Shown: positions 33,755 to 43,900, counted from the first letter of the stretch. The stretch is 44,042 nucleotides of DNA from Patescibacteria group bacterium (GCA_004321885.1 SCQK01000008.1:1-44042), one strand, 5' to 3'. Numbers and translations are program-made. Notes: generated from the letters alone by a model not told the origin.

Positions 33755-35107
33755 ATGAGTCAGTTTACTTTTCGCACGACCCCTCCCGCTACCTACATCA
33801 GCCCCACGGCTGATGAGATGCGGGACGCGGCGAAAAAGGTCGGCCTCAAGTCGTTTTCGAAGGACCTGGTGGCTGACCTCTGCAACCTGGCGGCGGGCGG
33901 GCGCATCACGCCGCCGTCGGGATATCGTGGTGAGGTGATGCGTCGAGTCGAGGAGAGACTGCCGGCTCCCGACTCGAATGGATCGTGGTCCATTTCCGTT
34001 CGCAAGAACGGGGTGAAGACCTCGGTCAGAACGAAGAACCGGCAGGAGGCGATCCAGGCGAAGACGGACGAAGCCATGCGGTATCATGGCAATGTCTGCG
34101 ACTTCCTTGGGTCGCTTGAGCCCGCCTCCTTCGGCGAGACGCCGCTTGAGCAGGCAATGGCCTGCCTTAAGCTGCTATCAAAGAAAGAGGGCGGGCAGGG
34201 TGGCGGAGAGGCCGGCGAGCCTCTCCCCATCTTTTCGGAGGAGAACAGCAAGCCGGAGGGCATTGCCGAGGCCCTCCGGGACGCAATCGAAGTTCTCGAG
34301 AGCCTTTCCCCCGAGGAGAAGGCAATGCTCGACCCGGAAGAAAAGGGTCTGAGCAAGCTCGAGGTCGCCGAGGACATGCTCGGCGACAAGCGGCTGATGA
34401 TCGACATCAGCCGTCAGTTGGATCAACTCACCAAGCTGCAAGTTCGCCGCCAGCGCAAGCTGGAAGTGGACCCGGCCGGTGAGGAGGTGCGGACTCGCCC
34501 GATCCGCAACCTTGGAGAGCTTTCAAAGATCTCCAAAACCGCTTGGGGCATGAGGCAGGAGAACCCCACGTTCTTCCTGTACCAGGCGGTAACGGGGCAG
34601 CTTCCGGTGCGCGAAAGGGTGACGCGCATCGAGAAGAAGCAGAGCATCTTCATCCTCGTGGACGGGTCGGGGTCCATGAGTGGGCGGCGTCACTGGAAGG
34701 CGACTGGGGTGGTGATGAACCGCCTCAAGGCCGTTTTGGCCGGTGACGCCGAGGTGTTCCTCAGCGTATTTGACACTTCCATGGGGAATGTCAGCCACGC
34801 GGGGACGCCGGAGGAGGCCAAGGAGCTGATCAAAAAGTTCCAGGCCAATAATTTCTCCGGCGGCGGCACGGACATCGCTTCGGCGGTGCGTGCCGCGCAT
34901 AAGTACATCGAGGACCTCATCTCCAAGGGCGCGGCTTTGTACCGCCCCGAGATAGTGGTCCTGACCGACGACGACACGTCGGTCGCCTCCCTCAAGAAGT
35001 CGGAACTCGCGGGAACGCGGGTCCACGGCTTCGCGATGGAAGTCGCGAACAAGTCGCTTGTCGACCTCGCTCGTTCCACGGGCGGGGTTGGCATCGACAA
35101 GTTTTAA
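33755..35107 (+). CDS. vWA (von Willebrand factor A) domain protein with an unassigned N-terminal domain of about 300 aa.
   Basis: MIDAS motif DGSGSM, and a vWA fold through …TDIASAV…VVLTDD…. The start is taken at the ATG at 33755, after the SD gggaggagg. Confidence 0.7.
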   Translation: MSQFTFRTTPPATYISPTADEMRDAAKKVGLKSFSKDLVADLCNLAAGGRITPPSGYRGEVMRRVEERLPAPDSNGSWSISVRKNGVKTSVRTKNRQEAIQAKTDEAMRYHGNVCDFLGSLEPASFGETPLEQAMACLKLLSKKEGGQGGGEAGEPLPIFSEENSKPEGIAEALRDAIEVLESLSPEEKAMLDPEEKGLSKLEVAEDMLGDKRLMIDISRQLDQLTKLQVRRQRKLEVDPAGEEVRTRPIRNLGELSKISKTAWGMRQENPTFFLYQAVTGQLPVRERVTRIEKKQSIFILVDGSGSMSGRRHWKATGVVMNRLKAVLAGDAEVFLSVFDTSMGNVSHAGTPEEAKELIKKFQANNFSGGGTDIASAVRAAHKYIEDLISKGAALYRPEIVVLTDDDTSVASLKKSELAGTRVHGFAMEVANKSLVDLARSTGGVGIDKF

Positions 35108-35742
35108 TGTCCAACCGACAACAAGGAGGTGCGTCGTGACCTATCACGGCAGTTCGTAAGGCAGGGTTAAACTTGCAGGAGAAATGGCCGCGCTCCTTTA
35201 CTGAAGGTCGGCCCATGGTCTGCTGATAGCCATGTATCCCGTATGACCATGTGGGTCAAGGAAAGTCAGCTCGGGTCCTGGCGCGAAAGCGATAGTCCAG
35301 GAGCCTCACCAAACGAGGCAAACATTGCGAACAGGGAGTGATTGAGCCCCTCTCGTGATGATTGATCCGAAAGGATCAAGCCGTGAAAAACACGGCAATC
35401 AATCTCGGGTGCGCAGGCGCGGGCCAAACGCATCTTAAAGTTCGGTTCGACCACGGTGTCGAACAAAGTAAGGGCTGGCCAAATCATTGGGTGCCCAGAC
35501 CCGCGACCAAGGCGAAAGGAGGTGAAAACCGCGTGCGTTCCACACGCATTTGCCTTGGATCCGGCGATCCTACTCGAGGAGAAAAACGAAGACAGCGGCC
35601 GGAGCTGTCTACCAATGGGACAATGCGCTCGGGGAAAGGGTTCTTGATTGCACTACAGTCAAGAACCCACCCCATCCTTGCTGATAAAATTTTTTCAGCA
35701 GAGATGAGGTTTGAAATGGAATGCCAAGGAAAGGAGGAAACA

Positions 35743-36207
35743 ATGCCTTGGCTACTGAAGAATGGTGAAGTGGTCGTGAATCGTTACCAGAGTCACCTCC
35801 ACTCCGACGTCGAGCGCTTGCTCCCGGAAGCGCTCGGCCAGATTGACCCGGCCGGGAGAGGGTTTCTCGTCGAGGAGGTGGTCTTTGACCGCGTCGTCGG
35901 CGAGACCACCTGCGTCGCCACTGGGCCTGGTGACCAGGCCGTTTACGCGAAGCGGCCCAAGCGGTTCGGGCCGAGCCGGTTCGTGAAGAACCGTTCGCCC
36001 GAGCCGTGCAACAGCGTCGTCGTCATCCTGAAGGCGGGTGACGGCGAGTACGTTCTGGTCACTGCCTTCGTGGGTACACGGCCCGAGCCGGAGCCCTGGG
36101 ATCGGAACGCCACCGAGAAGTCGGTGGAGTTCTGGGCCTCGCACGCCCTGATTTGGGGCAGCGAGCCCGTGATCCCGGGCACCGAAACGGACAAGTGCCC
36201 GTGGTAG
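35743..36207 (+). CDS. Hypothetical 154-aa protein, GC-rich.
   Basis: Strong RBS (aaggaggaaaca-ATG). It is the last gene of the GC-rich island. Confidence 0.4.
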   Translation: MPWLLKNGEVVVNRYQSHLHSDVERLLPEALGQIDPAGRGFLVEEVVFDRVVGETTCVATGPGDQAVYAKRPKRFGPSRFVKNRSPEPCNSVVVILKAGDGEYVLVTAFVGTRPEPEPWDRNATEKSVEFWASHALIWGSEPVIPGTETDKCPW

Positions 36208-36340
36208 AATGGCGGTATGTCCGCCCGCGTTAGGCCGCAGTGGCGCGTAAGAAATATCTGCGACACACTCGGTGTTTGAGGAACGGCTTGCACAAGCGCT
36301 CCTCTTCACCCGCATAGCGACAAAGGAGATTTCTCGCTTA

Positions 36341-36390
36341 CCCCTCACCAACTCTCCCCTTATAAAGGGGAGAGAGAATGAGGGTAAAGG
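36341..36390. repeat. P1 palindromic element at the right edge of the GC-rich island.
   Basis: cccctcaccaactctcccc-ttataaa-ggggagagagaatgaggg. Confidence 0.6.
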
Positions 36391-36436
36391 AATCTCTCCT
36401 CCGCGCGAGGAATTAAATTTGTCGCTAGTCGGGTGA

Positions 36437-36470
36437 AAGAAAAAAGACGCTCTTATGAGACGTCTTTTTT
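36437..36470. terminator. Bidirectional terminator aaaaaagacgctc-ttatg-agacgtcttttttt.
   Basis: The stem is flanked by A6 and T7. Confidence 0.55.
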
Positions 36471-36698
36471 TATTTCCTCTAAATATTTTTTGATAAATTT
36501 TTCAACGTACTCTACTACTTCCTCGCGCGCTTCAGGCGGACTTTGCGCCACTTTTTGGAAGGGAGCGGCGATACAGCTTTCCAGCACGCGGGGGAAGCGA
36601 GTGTGAAACTCTGGAATAGGTTCGTTCCAGCCCATGGTATCTTGTGCCAAACGGTGGGCGGTATATTTTATCAGTTCTAAAGTGATTGGCTTGGACAT
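36453..36698 (-). CDS. Doc/Fic-family-like N-terminal fragment (81 aa) lacking the catalytic Fic motif. Probably a truncated toxin.
   Basis: ITLELIKYTAHRLAQDTMGWNEPIPEFHTRFPRVLESCIAAP resembles the Doc N-terminus. No HxFx(D/N)GNKR motif is present. Confidence 0.35.
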   Translation of the reverse strand: MSKPITLELIKYTAHRLAQDTMGWNEPIPEFHTRFPRVLESCIAAPFQKVAQSPPEAREEVVEYVEKFIKKYLEEIKKDVS

Positions 36699-36699
36699 A

Positions 36700-36951
36700 T
36701 TATTCTTGGCCCAGCATTTTTAACGTCTCGCCATATTCACGCACGACCTTTTTTACGCCCTTATCAATTTCTTTTTTTTGTCCGGCAGAAAGTTGACCGC
36801 CATTTATCTCTGGCAGGTCGTTTTTTTTGATGATATAAGTTTTACCGATTTTTTCGGCCTTAATTTCGCCTTTTTTGATTCTATTGAATATTGTCACCCT
36901 GCTTACCCCCAAAATTTCGGCCAATTGTTTGGTAGTAAGATAACCAGACAT
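36700..36951 (-). CDS. HTH DNA-binding protein of the excisionase / MerR-like HTH_17 family (83 aa).
   Basis: LTTKQLAEILGVSRVTIFNRIKKGEI. Confidence 0.6.
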   Translation of the reverse strand: MSGYLTTKQLAEILGVSRVTIFNRIKKGEIKAEKIGKTYIIKKNDLPEINGGQLSAGQKKEIDKGVKKVVREYGETLKMLGQE

Positions 36952-36987
36952 ATTAGTGTAGCTTATGTTAATAGATTAAATATATCT

Positions 36988-37001
36988 TAACATATGTTAA
37001 T
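36988..37001. promoter_or_regulatory. Perfect palindrome TTAACA-TA-TGTTAA, a candidate operator upstream of the HTH gene.
   Basis: The same half-sites as the palindrome at 25029-25046. Confidence 0.35.
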
Positions 37002-37245
37002 ATATTTGTCAATACTTAACAAAGATATAAACATGGCAGTTCTTGACACTTTTTCCCCCTTTCTATATACTATTGCCAAGAACGTTACCCCGAGTAATCG
37101 GGGCACCCGAGATCCTGAAACAAGTTCAGGATGACAGGGAACTCGTGGCTGAGCTTCATCGTTCAGCTTTTTGTTAACGACAGAAATTTAAGAATTAAAT
37201 TTCTTGTCAGTTAACAATCCGCCTTTGGCGGATATTCATTATTTA

Positions 37246-37280
37246 CCCCTCCCTGCCCTCCCCTTATTAAGGGGCGGGGA
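37246..37280. repeat. P1 palindromic element immediately upstream of rpsL. Its right arm may serve as the SD.
   Basis: cccctccctgccctcccc-ttattaa-ggggcgggg; the ATG follows 13 nt later. Confidence 0.65.
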
Positions 37281-37292
37281 AAATTAAGAATT

Positions 37293-37721
37293 ATGTCCAC
37301 AGTCAACCAACTGGTGCGCCGCGGGAGACATCCCAAAAAGCGCAAGACAAAAGTTCCGGCCCTGCAATTCACGCTGGACACTTTGCATCGCAAGAGAACG
37401 GATTTGCCGCATGGCGCGGCTTTTAAGCGCGGGGTTTGCACCAAGGTGTACACCACCACGCCCAAGAAACCAAACTCGGCCTTGCGCAAAGTCGCCAAGG
37501 TGCGACTCTCAAACGGCATGGAAGTTATCGCTTACATCCCGGGCGAGGGCCATAATTTGCAAGAGCACTCCATCGTGCTTTTGCGCGGCGGCCGCGTGAA
37601 GGATTTGCCGGGCGTGCGCTATCACATAGTGCGCGGTGTTTATGATACCCAAGGTATAGAAGCCCGCAGACGCGGACGAAGCGTTTACGGCGCTAAGCGA
37701 CCGAAAGCGGCCAAGAAATAA
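37293..37721 (+). CDS. rpsL: 30S ribosomal protein S12, with an insertion of about 15 aa between the PAL and RGVC motifs.
   Basis: …VPALQ[[20 protein letters not shown]][27 protein letters not shown]…. Confidence 0.9.
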   Translation: MSTVNQLVRRGRHPKKRKTKVPALQFTLDTLHRKRTDLPHGAAFKRGVCTKVYTTTPKKPNSALRKVAKVRLSNGMEVIAYIPGEGHNLQEHSIVLLRGGRVKDLPGVRYHIVRGVYDTQGIEARRRGRSVYGAKRPKAAKK

Positions 37722-37725
37722 TTTA

Positions 37726-37829
37726 CCCCTCCCTAACCCTCCCCTTATATGCGAAATGAGAGAGGAAACAAAAGCAATGCTTTTGTTTCCGAACGAATGA
37801 GCATATATCCAGGATATAAAGGGGGAGGG
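37726..37829. repeat. P1 element split by a 64-bp secondary insertion (37751-37814) that carries its own hairpin (ggaaacaaaagcaatgcttttgtttcc).
   Basis: The left arm is cccctccctaaccctcccc-ttata (ends 37750). The right arm is tataaa-gggggaggg (37815-37829). Confidence 0.55.
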
Positions 37830-37844
37830 ACTAACGAAACTATT

Positions 37845-38375
37845 ATGCGTGGAAGCAAAAAACAGGAAAAGCGGCCAATCGCGGCCGACCCAAAATATGG
37901 TTCGGTCCAACTGGCCAAGTTTATCAATTATGTGATGGAAAGGGGCAAGAAAACCGTGGCCCGAGCAATCGTTTACGGCGCTTTGGAAAACATCGCCGAA
38001 TCCGCCTCTGCCAAAGGAGTAGATGCGTCCTCTGGCGCCAAAGGCGGACAGGGCGGCAAAAAAGACGCGCTCAAAGTTTTTGAGGAAGCCGTGCGCAACG
38101 TGGCCCCCCAGGTAGAGGTGCGCTCGCGGCGCGTGGGCGGAGCCAACTATCAGGTGCCCATGCCTGTCAGCTCCTCGCGCCAGCACGCCCTTACTTTCCG
38201 CTGGATTATAGACGCGGCGCGCAATAAAAAAGGCCTGCCCATGGCCAAAAAGCTAGCCCAGGTTTTGCTTGACGCCAGCAACAACACCGGCGACGCCATG
38301 AAAAAGCGCGACGACGTGCATAGAATGGCCGAAGCCAACAAGGCCTTCGCGCACTTTGCCCGCTTTGCTAAATAA
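37845..38375 (+). CDS. rpsG: 30S ribosomal protein S7, with an insertion of about 14 aa (…[14 protein letters not shown]…).
   Basis: S7 similarity (…[16 protein letters not shown]…[15 protein letters not shown]). The start is at the ATG at 37845. Confidence 0.85.
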   Translation: MRGSKKQEKRPIAADPKYGSVQLAKFINYVMERGKKTVARAIVYGALENIAESASAKGVDASSGAKGGQGGKKDALKVFEEAVRNVAPQVEVRSRRVGGANYQVPMPVSSSRQHALTFRWIIDAARNKKGLPMAKKLAQVLLDASNNTGDAMKKRDDVHRMAEANKAFAHFARFAK

Positions 38376-38381
38376 TTCTAT

Positions 38382-40457
38382 ATGCCCCGAGAATATACAT
38401 TGGATAAAACCAGAAACATCGGCATCATGGCCCACATTGACGCCGGCAAAACCACCACCACCGAGCGCGTGTTGTTTTACACGGGTAAGAAACACAAAAT
38501 CGGCGAGGTGCACGAGGGCGCGGCCGAGATGGACTGGATGGAGCAGGAAAAAGAGCGCGGCATTACGATTACTTCCGCCGCGACAACCTGTTTCTGGAAA
38601 GACCATCGTATAAATATAATTGACACCCCGGGCCACGTGGACTTTACCGTGGAAGTGGAGCGCAGTTTGCGCGTGCTTGACGGCGCCGTGGCCGTGTTTG
38701 ACGGCTCGCAAGGCGTGGAACCACAATCCGAAACCGTCTGGCATCAGGCCGACAAATACAACGTCCCGCGCGTCGCCTTTATAAACAAAATGGACAAGAT
38801 GGGCGCGGATTTTTACATGTCTTTGGATTCCATTCGCGAACGTTTATCCAAAGACGCTTATCCGGTTCAACTGCCCATCGGCAGCGAGGGAACTTTTTCC
38901 GCCTTGATTGATTTGATAGAAGAAAAAGCCTTTAGATACGAAGGCAAGAACGGCGAGAACATCGTGGAAATTCCCATTCCCGAAGACATGAAAGAAAAGG
39001 TGAAAAAATACCGCGCCGAGCTGGTGGAAAAAGCCGCCGAAGGCGATGACACACTCATGGAAAAATTTTTGGGCGGGCAGGCGCTTTCAAATGAAGAAAT
39101 CCGCCGCGGCATCCGCGCCCTGACTTTGCAAGGCAAAATGTATGCCGTGCTCTGCGGCGCCGCGCTGTCTAACATTGGCGTGCAAAATATGCTTGACGCC
39201 GTGGTTTGGTATTTGCCTTCGCCTTTGGACATGCCGCCGGTAAAAGGCGTTAACCCTGACACCGAAGCCGAAGAAACTCGCGACGCCGACGACAACAAAC
39301 CGTTCGCGGCTTTGGCCTTTAAGATTGCCACCGACCCGTTCGTGGGTAAATTGATTTTCTTCCGCGTGTATTCCGGACACGTCAGCGCCGGCAGTTATGT
39401 GTACAATTCTTCCAACGGCAACAAAGAACGTTTGGGAAGAATTTTGCGCATGCACGCCAATCACAAAGAAGACGTGACCGACGTCTACGCCGGTGAAATC
39501 GCCGCGGCCATCGGTCTCAAGTCAACTTTTACCGGCGATACTTTGTGTGATGAAAACCATCCGATCGTATTGGAAAAAATTGTTTTCCCGGAGCCGGTTA
39601 TCTCAGTGGCCATTGAGCCGAAAACCAAAGCCGACCAGGAAAAAATCGGCATGGCCATGCAAAAACTGATGGAAGAAGACCCGACGTTCAAGGTGCGCAC
39701 GGACGAAGAAACCTTGCAGACCATCATCTCGGGCATGGGCGAATTGCATTTGGATATTATTGTGGACCGCATGAAGCGCGAATTCAAAGTGGAAGCCAAT
39801 GTGGGCAAGCCCCAGGTGGCTTACAAAGAAACCATCCGTATTACTGCCGAAGCCGAAGGCAAGTACATCAAGCAATCGGGCGGCCGCGGCCAATACGGCC
39901 ACTGCTGGCTGCGCGTGGAGCCCGTGGAGCGCGGGGCCGGCTATGAATTTGTTGATGAAGTTAAAGGCGGCGTGATCCCCAAAGAATATTTGCCGGCCAT
40001 TGAAAAAGGCATCAAAGAAGCCATCACCCGCGGTATTCAGGCCGGCTATCCGGTGGTGGATTTGAAATGTTTCTGTTACGACGGTTCGTACCATGAAGTT
40101 GACTCTTCCGAGGCGGCCTTCAAGATGGCCGGCTCCATGGCTTTCCAGTCGGCCTGCCGCAAGGCCAGTCCGGTTATTTTGGAACCGATAATGAAGGTGG
40201 AAGCCGTTACTCCCGAACAATACATGGGCGATGTCATCGGCGACCTCAATTCCAAACGCGGACAAATTCAGGAAATGTTTGACCGCGGTCAGATGAAAGT
40301 GGTGAAGGCCATGGTGCCGCTCGCCACAATGTTCGGCTACGCCACCACCTTGCGCAGTATTTCCCAGGGCCGCGCCAGCTACACCATGGAGTTTGGCCAT
40401 TACGCCGAAGTGCCAAACAATGTGGCCGCGGAAATCATCGCCGGAAAACAGAAGTGA
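38382..40457 (+). CDS. fusA: Elongation factor G.
   Basis: [12 protein letters not shown] and DTPGHVDF motifs, full length of 691 aa. Confidence 0.95.
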   Translation: MPREYTLDKTRNIGIMAHIDAGKTTTTERVLFYTGKKHKIGEVHEGAAEMDWMEQEKERGITITSAATTCFWKDHRINIIDTPGHVDFTVEVERSLRVLDGAVAVFDGSQGVEPQSETVWHQADKYNVPRVAFINKMDKMGADFYMSLDSIRERLSKDAYPVQLPIGSEGTFSALIDLIEEKAFRYEGKNGENIVEIPIPEDMKEKVKKYRAELVEKAAEGDDTLMEKFLGGQALSNEEIRRGIRALTLQGKMYAVLCGAALSNIGVQNMLDAVVWYLPSPLDMPPVKGVNPDTEAEETRDADDNKPFAALAFKIATDPFVGKLIFFRVYSGHVSAGSYVYNSSNGNKERLGRILRMHANHKEDVTDVYAGEIAAAIGLKSTFTGDTLCDENHPIVLEKIVFPEPVISVAIEPKTKADQEKIGMAMQKLMEEDPTFKVRTDEETLQTIISGMGELHLDIIVDRMKREFKVEANVGKPQVAYKETIRITAEAEGKYIKQSGGRGQYGHCWLRVEPVERGAGYEFVDEVKGGVIPKEYLPAIEKGIKEAITRGIQAGYPVVDLKCFCYDGSYHEVDSSEAAFKMAGSMAFQSACRKASPVILEPIMKVEAVTPEQYMGDVIGDLNSKRGQIQEMFDRGQMKVVKAMVPLATMFGYATTLRSISQGRASYTMEFGHYAEVPNNVAAEIIAGKQK

Positions 40458-40606
40458 CCCCGACGTTACGTCGGGGTCATCCTGACCCTGCACCGCTCTG
40501 GTGCAGGGGAAGGATTCCTTTCTCATTCGCTGGCTCCATACTTTGTGTGGAGCCAGTTTGCGTTATGGCTCCACAGCCCCGACTTGGTCGGGGACTATGG
40601 AGCCAG
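40457..40606. repeat. Cluster of P2-type hairpins after fusA: gaccccgacgttacgtcggggtc (40457-40479), ctgcaccgctctggtgcagg, ctggctccatactttgtgtggagccag, and gctccacagccccgac-ttg-gtcggggactatggagc (40567-40606).
   Basis: Four consecutive inverted repeats. Confidence 0.55.
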
Positions 40607-40667
40607 CGGAGATTCGCGCGGCCGTTTTTTTTATCCACAATTTTATGGTGAAACAACGATAAAATTA

Positions 40668-40676
40668 TGGTATAAT
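40668..40676 (+). promoter_or_regulatory. Extended -10 element (TGgTATAAT) for the large surface-protein gene.
   Basis: tggtataat at 40668-40676. No good -35 element. Confidence 0.35.
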
Positions 40677-40795
40677 ATATGTGTTAGATTTTCTGTTTTT
40701 ATGCTCGCAGGCGTAAAGGCGATATATTTGCGTTTGAAGCACAAATTATTTTGTGTATTTTTTAAGCACTCGTTAAGGCGGGCGTTCTCTTTGAA

Positions 40796-40835
40796 TCCCT
40801 CCCCTGTTAGGGGAGGGACAAAGGGTGGGGTATGT
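40796..40835. repeat. P1 palindromic element.
   Basis: tccctcccc-tgtta-ggggagggacaaagggtgggg. Confidence 0.6.
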
Positions 40836-40862
40836 CGCCATCGCCGCAGACGCGGCTTCGCT

Positions 40863-40979
40863 GTCATTCCGAAGACGCGTTTTGTCATTGCGAGCGAAGC
40901 GAAGCAATCCCATGCGTATTTAAGAAATGCCCTGCTTTTTTGCAAGGGATTGCTTCGTCGCTTCGCTCCTCGCAATGAC
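40863..40979. repeat. P3 MITE-like palindrome (with an extra partial left arm) in the 5' leader of the surface-protein gene. It ends 1 nt before the ATG.
   Basis: gtcattgcgagcgaagcgaagcaatccc…gggattgcttcgtcgcttcgctcctcgcaatgac. Confidence 0.65.
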
Positions 40980-43900
40980 ATGTTGCGCATGCTCCACTCC
41001 CGCCACTTTCGCGCGGCCATTGCCTCGCTGGTCATCATCACCGTCTTGCTCAACATTTTCAAACCCACGCCGCAGAATACGGCCCAAGCCGCCACCTATA
41101 CCTTCACCCAAACATCGTGGAGCGGCGGGGCGAGCACCACGGCCGTGGCCGCGCACGCCAGCGACCAGAGCGGGTGGAGTAAGTATGATTCCTCGTCAAA
41201 TGTTGCAGTTTCAGGCAACATAAGTCTTTCCTTAAATTCAAACCTTACTTTTATTGACAGTGGTTCACCAACAAGTACCGGCCTTGCCACTGGAGGCGGA
41301 TTTACGAATGGTGTTAATTCAAATACATTGGTTCAGGGTGGCGTGTCTACACAAGCTGATATAAAATTAGCCACTACATCAGAAACCCAGGTAAATGCCT
41401 GGTCTAATTTGTCCAATTTACCCTTTACATGCGGCCAAGGCGGATGTTCTGCTTTCAAGAGCGATGATTTTCCTGATTTTATCTATATTCATCGCGGCAC
41501 CAACACAGATTTTTCAAAATACAATATTTATGACAACACATGGACTTCTTTAAATGCCGCCCCAGTAACTTATTTGGTTGGAGCAATCACGTATCTAACA
41601 GGCGACTCCATCGCTGGCCAGAATTTCGTCAATGGAGATAATCTCTATTTTAGAGGTCAGAGTGGATATTCAAATCTTTGGTACAAGTATAATATTACGG
41701 GAAACGCATGGTCAGCATTACAAGCGCCTCCGGCCATACCAAATTGCGTTCAACAGTCAAAAAATTCAGATGTTATTCTTGCTTCAAATGGCACGACCGG
41801 ATTCTACAGCTATTCGGTTGCTCAAAATTCATGGTCAAATTTAACAGCCGTGCCTTCAACTTTAGGGGGCGGCTGCTGGATTTTTAGAGGCGGTTTAGAT
41901 AATAATGTTTTTGTGTTGGGAAGTAACGGAGCCCTTTTTCGGTACTCCATTGGTGGTAATTCTTGGGTTACCTTAAATACTGCCGGCGGAACAGTCAAAG
42001 GTGCTGTTAGGAATGATTCTGATGATGAAATATATGCTAGCACTTGGGTTGTTGATTTGAAAAAATATTCAATATCTTCTGGCCAATGGACTATTTTAGA
42101 TAATGGCACAGTTGCCGCCTATGATATTTGGCGTCACGGGAAAAGTGATAATGTGTATAGATTTGCTAGACACGTCACTAACGATCCGAATACAAAAAAG
42201 TATTCCCTAGCAAATAATTCATGGGCGAATCTTGGCACCGATAATATATGGAATCCGTTTATAAAAAATCATTCGGATTCCGAAATATATAGAATAAATG
42301 GCGGATATACTAGTAATGGATTTGGAAAATTTGTGTTAAGCAATCAGGCTTTTCAATCCTCTGGTAATTTTACTTCTGCCTCCATTGACGCCAAGGGCGC
42401 TACATATGATGGTTTTTTTTGGTCACCGACAAATACGCCGTCTCCGGCTGGCGCGGGCGCGCTTAAATTTCAAGTCGCGGCTAATAATGATAACTCCACT
42501 TGGAATTTCATTGGACCCGACGGCACTGGTTCAACTTATTTCACAGTTACTTCGTCCTCTTTGCCTGTGTCTGTAAATAATAATAGATATTTTAAATATA
42601 AAGCATATTTACAAACTGCCTCCACCACAGTTTCTCCGGCTTTGTATAATGTAACCTTAAATTATTCAACATATTCAACTTCGGGGAATGTTACCTCTTC
42701 TATTTACGACTCCGCTGACCCTACTAATGTAATAGCCAATATCAAATGGACCACCACCACCCAGCCCACGGGCACAGCCATCAAGTTTCAGCTCCGTTCA
42801 GCTTCCACCACAGCGCTTCTTTCTTCGGCCACTTTCGTTGGTCCGGACGGTACGGCCAATACATATTTTACCGACCCCACCGGCGCGGAAAACACCACCA
42901 CGACCATGCGCGACGGGGTGGGCGATAGATATTTTCAATATAAGGTCTTTCTTACTTCTGACGGTACCAACACCCCCACCCTTGACCGTGTCCAGGTTAC
43001 CTATGTGGTTAATGCCAGCCCAGAAGTGCAAAATGTGACGGCCGTGGCCAACTCCGACGGCACTGTTAGCATTTCATACCAAGTTCGCGATACTGACACG
43101 GATTCCGGCTCTCCGGCCAATCAATACAAAATCACGCCTTCGTTTCAGTACTGCCCGTCCGGCACCGGCTGTCAAAGTATCACCGCTCTCTCGGCCTCTT
43201 CCACAGAAATAAAGGCAGTAGCCACCTCAACCTGGAATACCTACTACGCCACCTGGACACCGGCCACGGACTTCCCAAGCACCTGGGACAGCAATGCTAT
43301 GGTAAAAGTTATTGCCAACGACGGCGAGGCCGCCAACAACACCGGTTCGGCTCTCTCGGCCGGCTTTACTTTGGATACCGGTAGTCCGTCATCAAACAGC
43401 GTCACAATTTACGCTTCTTCCACACCTGCCGCGCTCATTTTGAATTCATCAGACACGTCCACCCTTTATATGAAAATATCTCTTAATTCCGATCTGTCTG
43501 GCGCCAGTTGGCAGGCCTACACTTCCACCGCGACGATTTCTCTGGCCACCAATCCGGATACTGTCTACGTCCGTTTCAAAGATGCTTACAATAATCAGTC
43601 GTCAATTCTGTCCGTTGCCACCCCGGAATCGCCGGCCAGTTTTATGGTGCAGGATAACAGCAATATCCTAAACGGCGCCACTGACTACCGCCTGTTTTTG
43701 GCCTGGAAAAAAGTGTCTGCTCCAGACCCGGGATTCGCCAATTACAAACTTTATCGTTCCACTTCCACCGAGTCTTCCAGTTTTTCCCTACTAAGCACAA
43801 TTTACGACATCAACACCAATTATTATTTTGACACCAGCACACCTTACGATACCACGCTTTATTATAAAGTCCTCACGACCGACAACAGCGGCAATGTTTC

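Noticed and set aside
37509-40526. Long minus-strand ORFs (225 aa at 37509..38186, 163 aa at 38253..38744, 307 aa at 39603..40526) opposite rpsG and fusA.
   Set aside because: They lie antisense to unmistakable, highly conserved genes and have shadow-ORF composition (His/Gly/Ala/Val runs).
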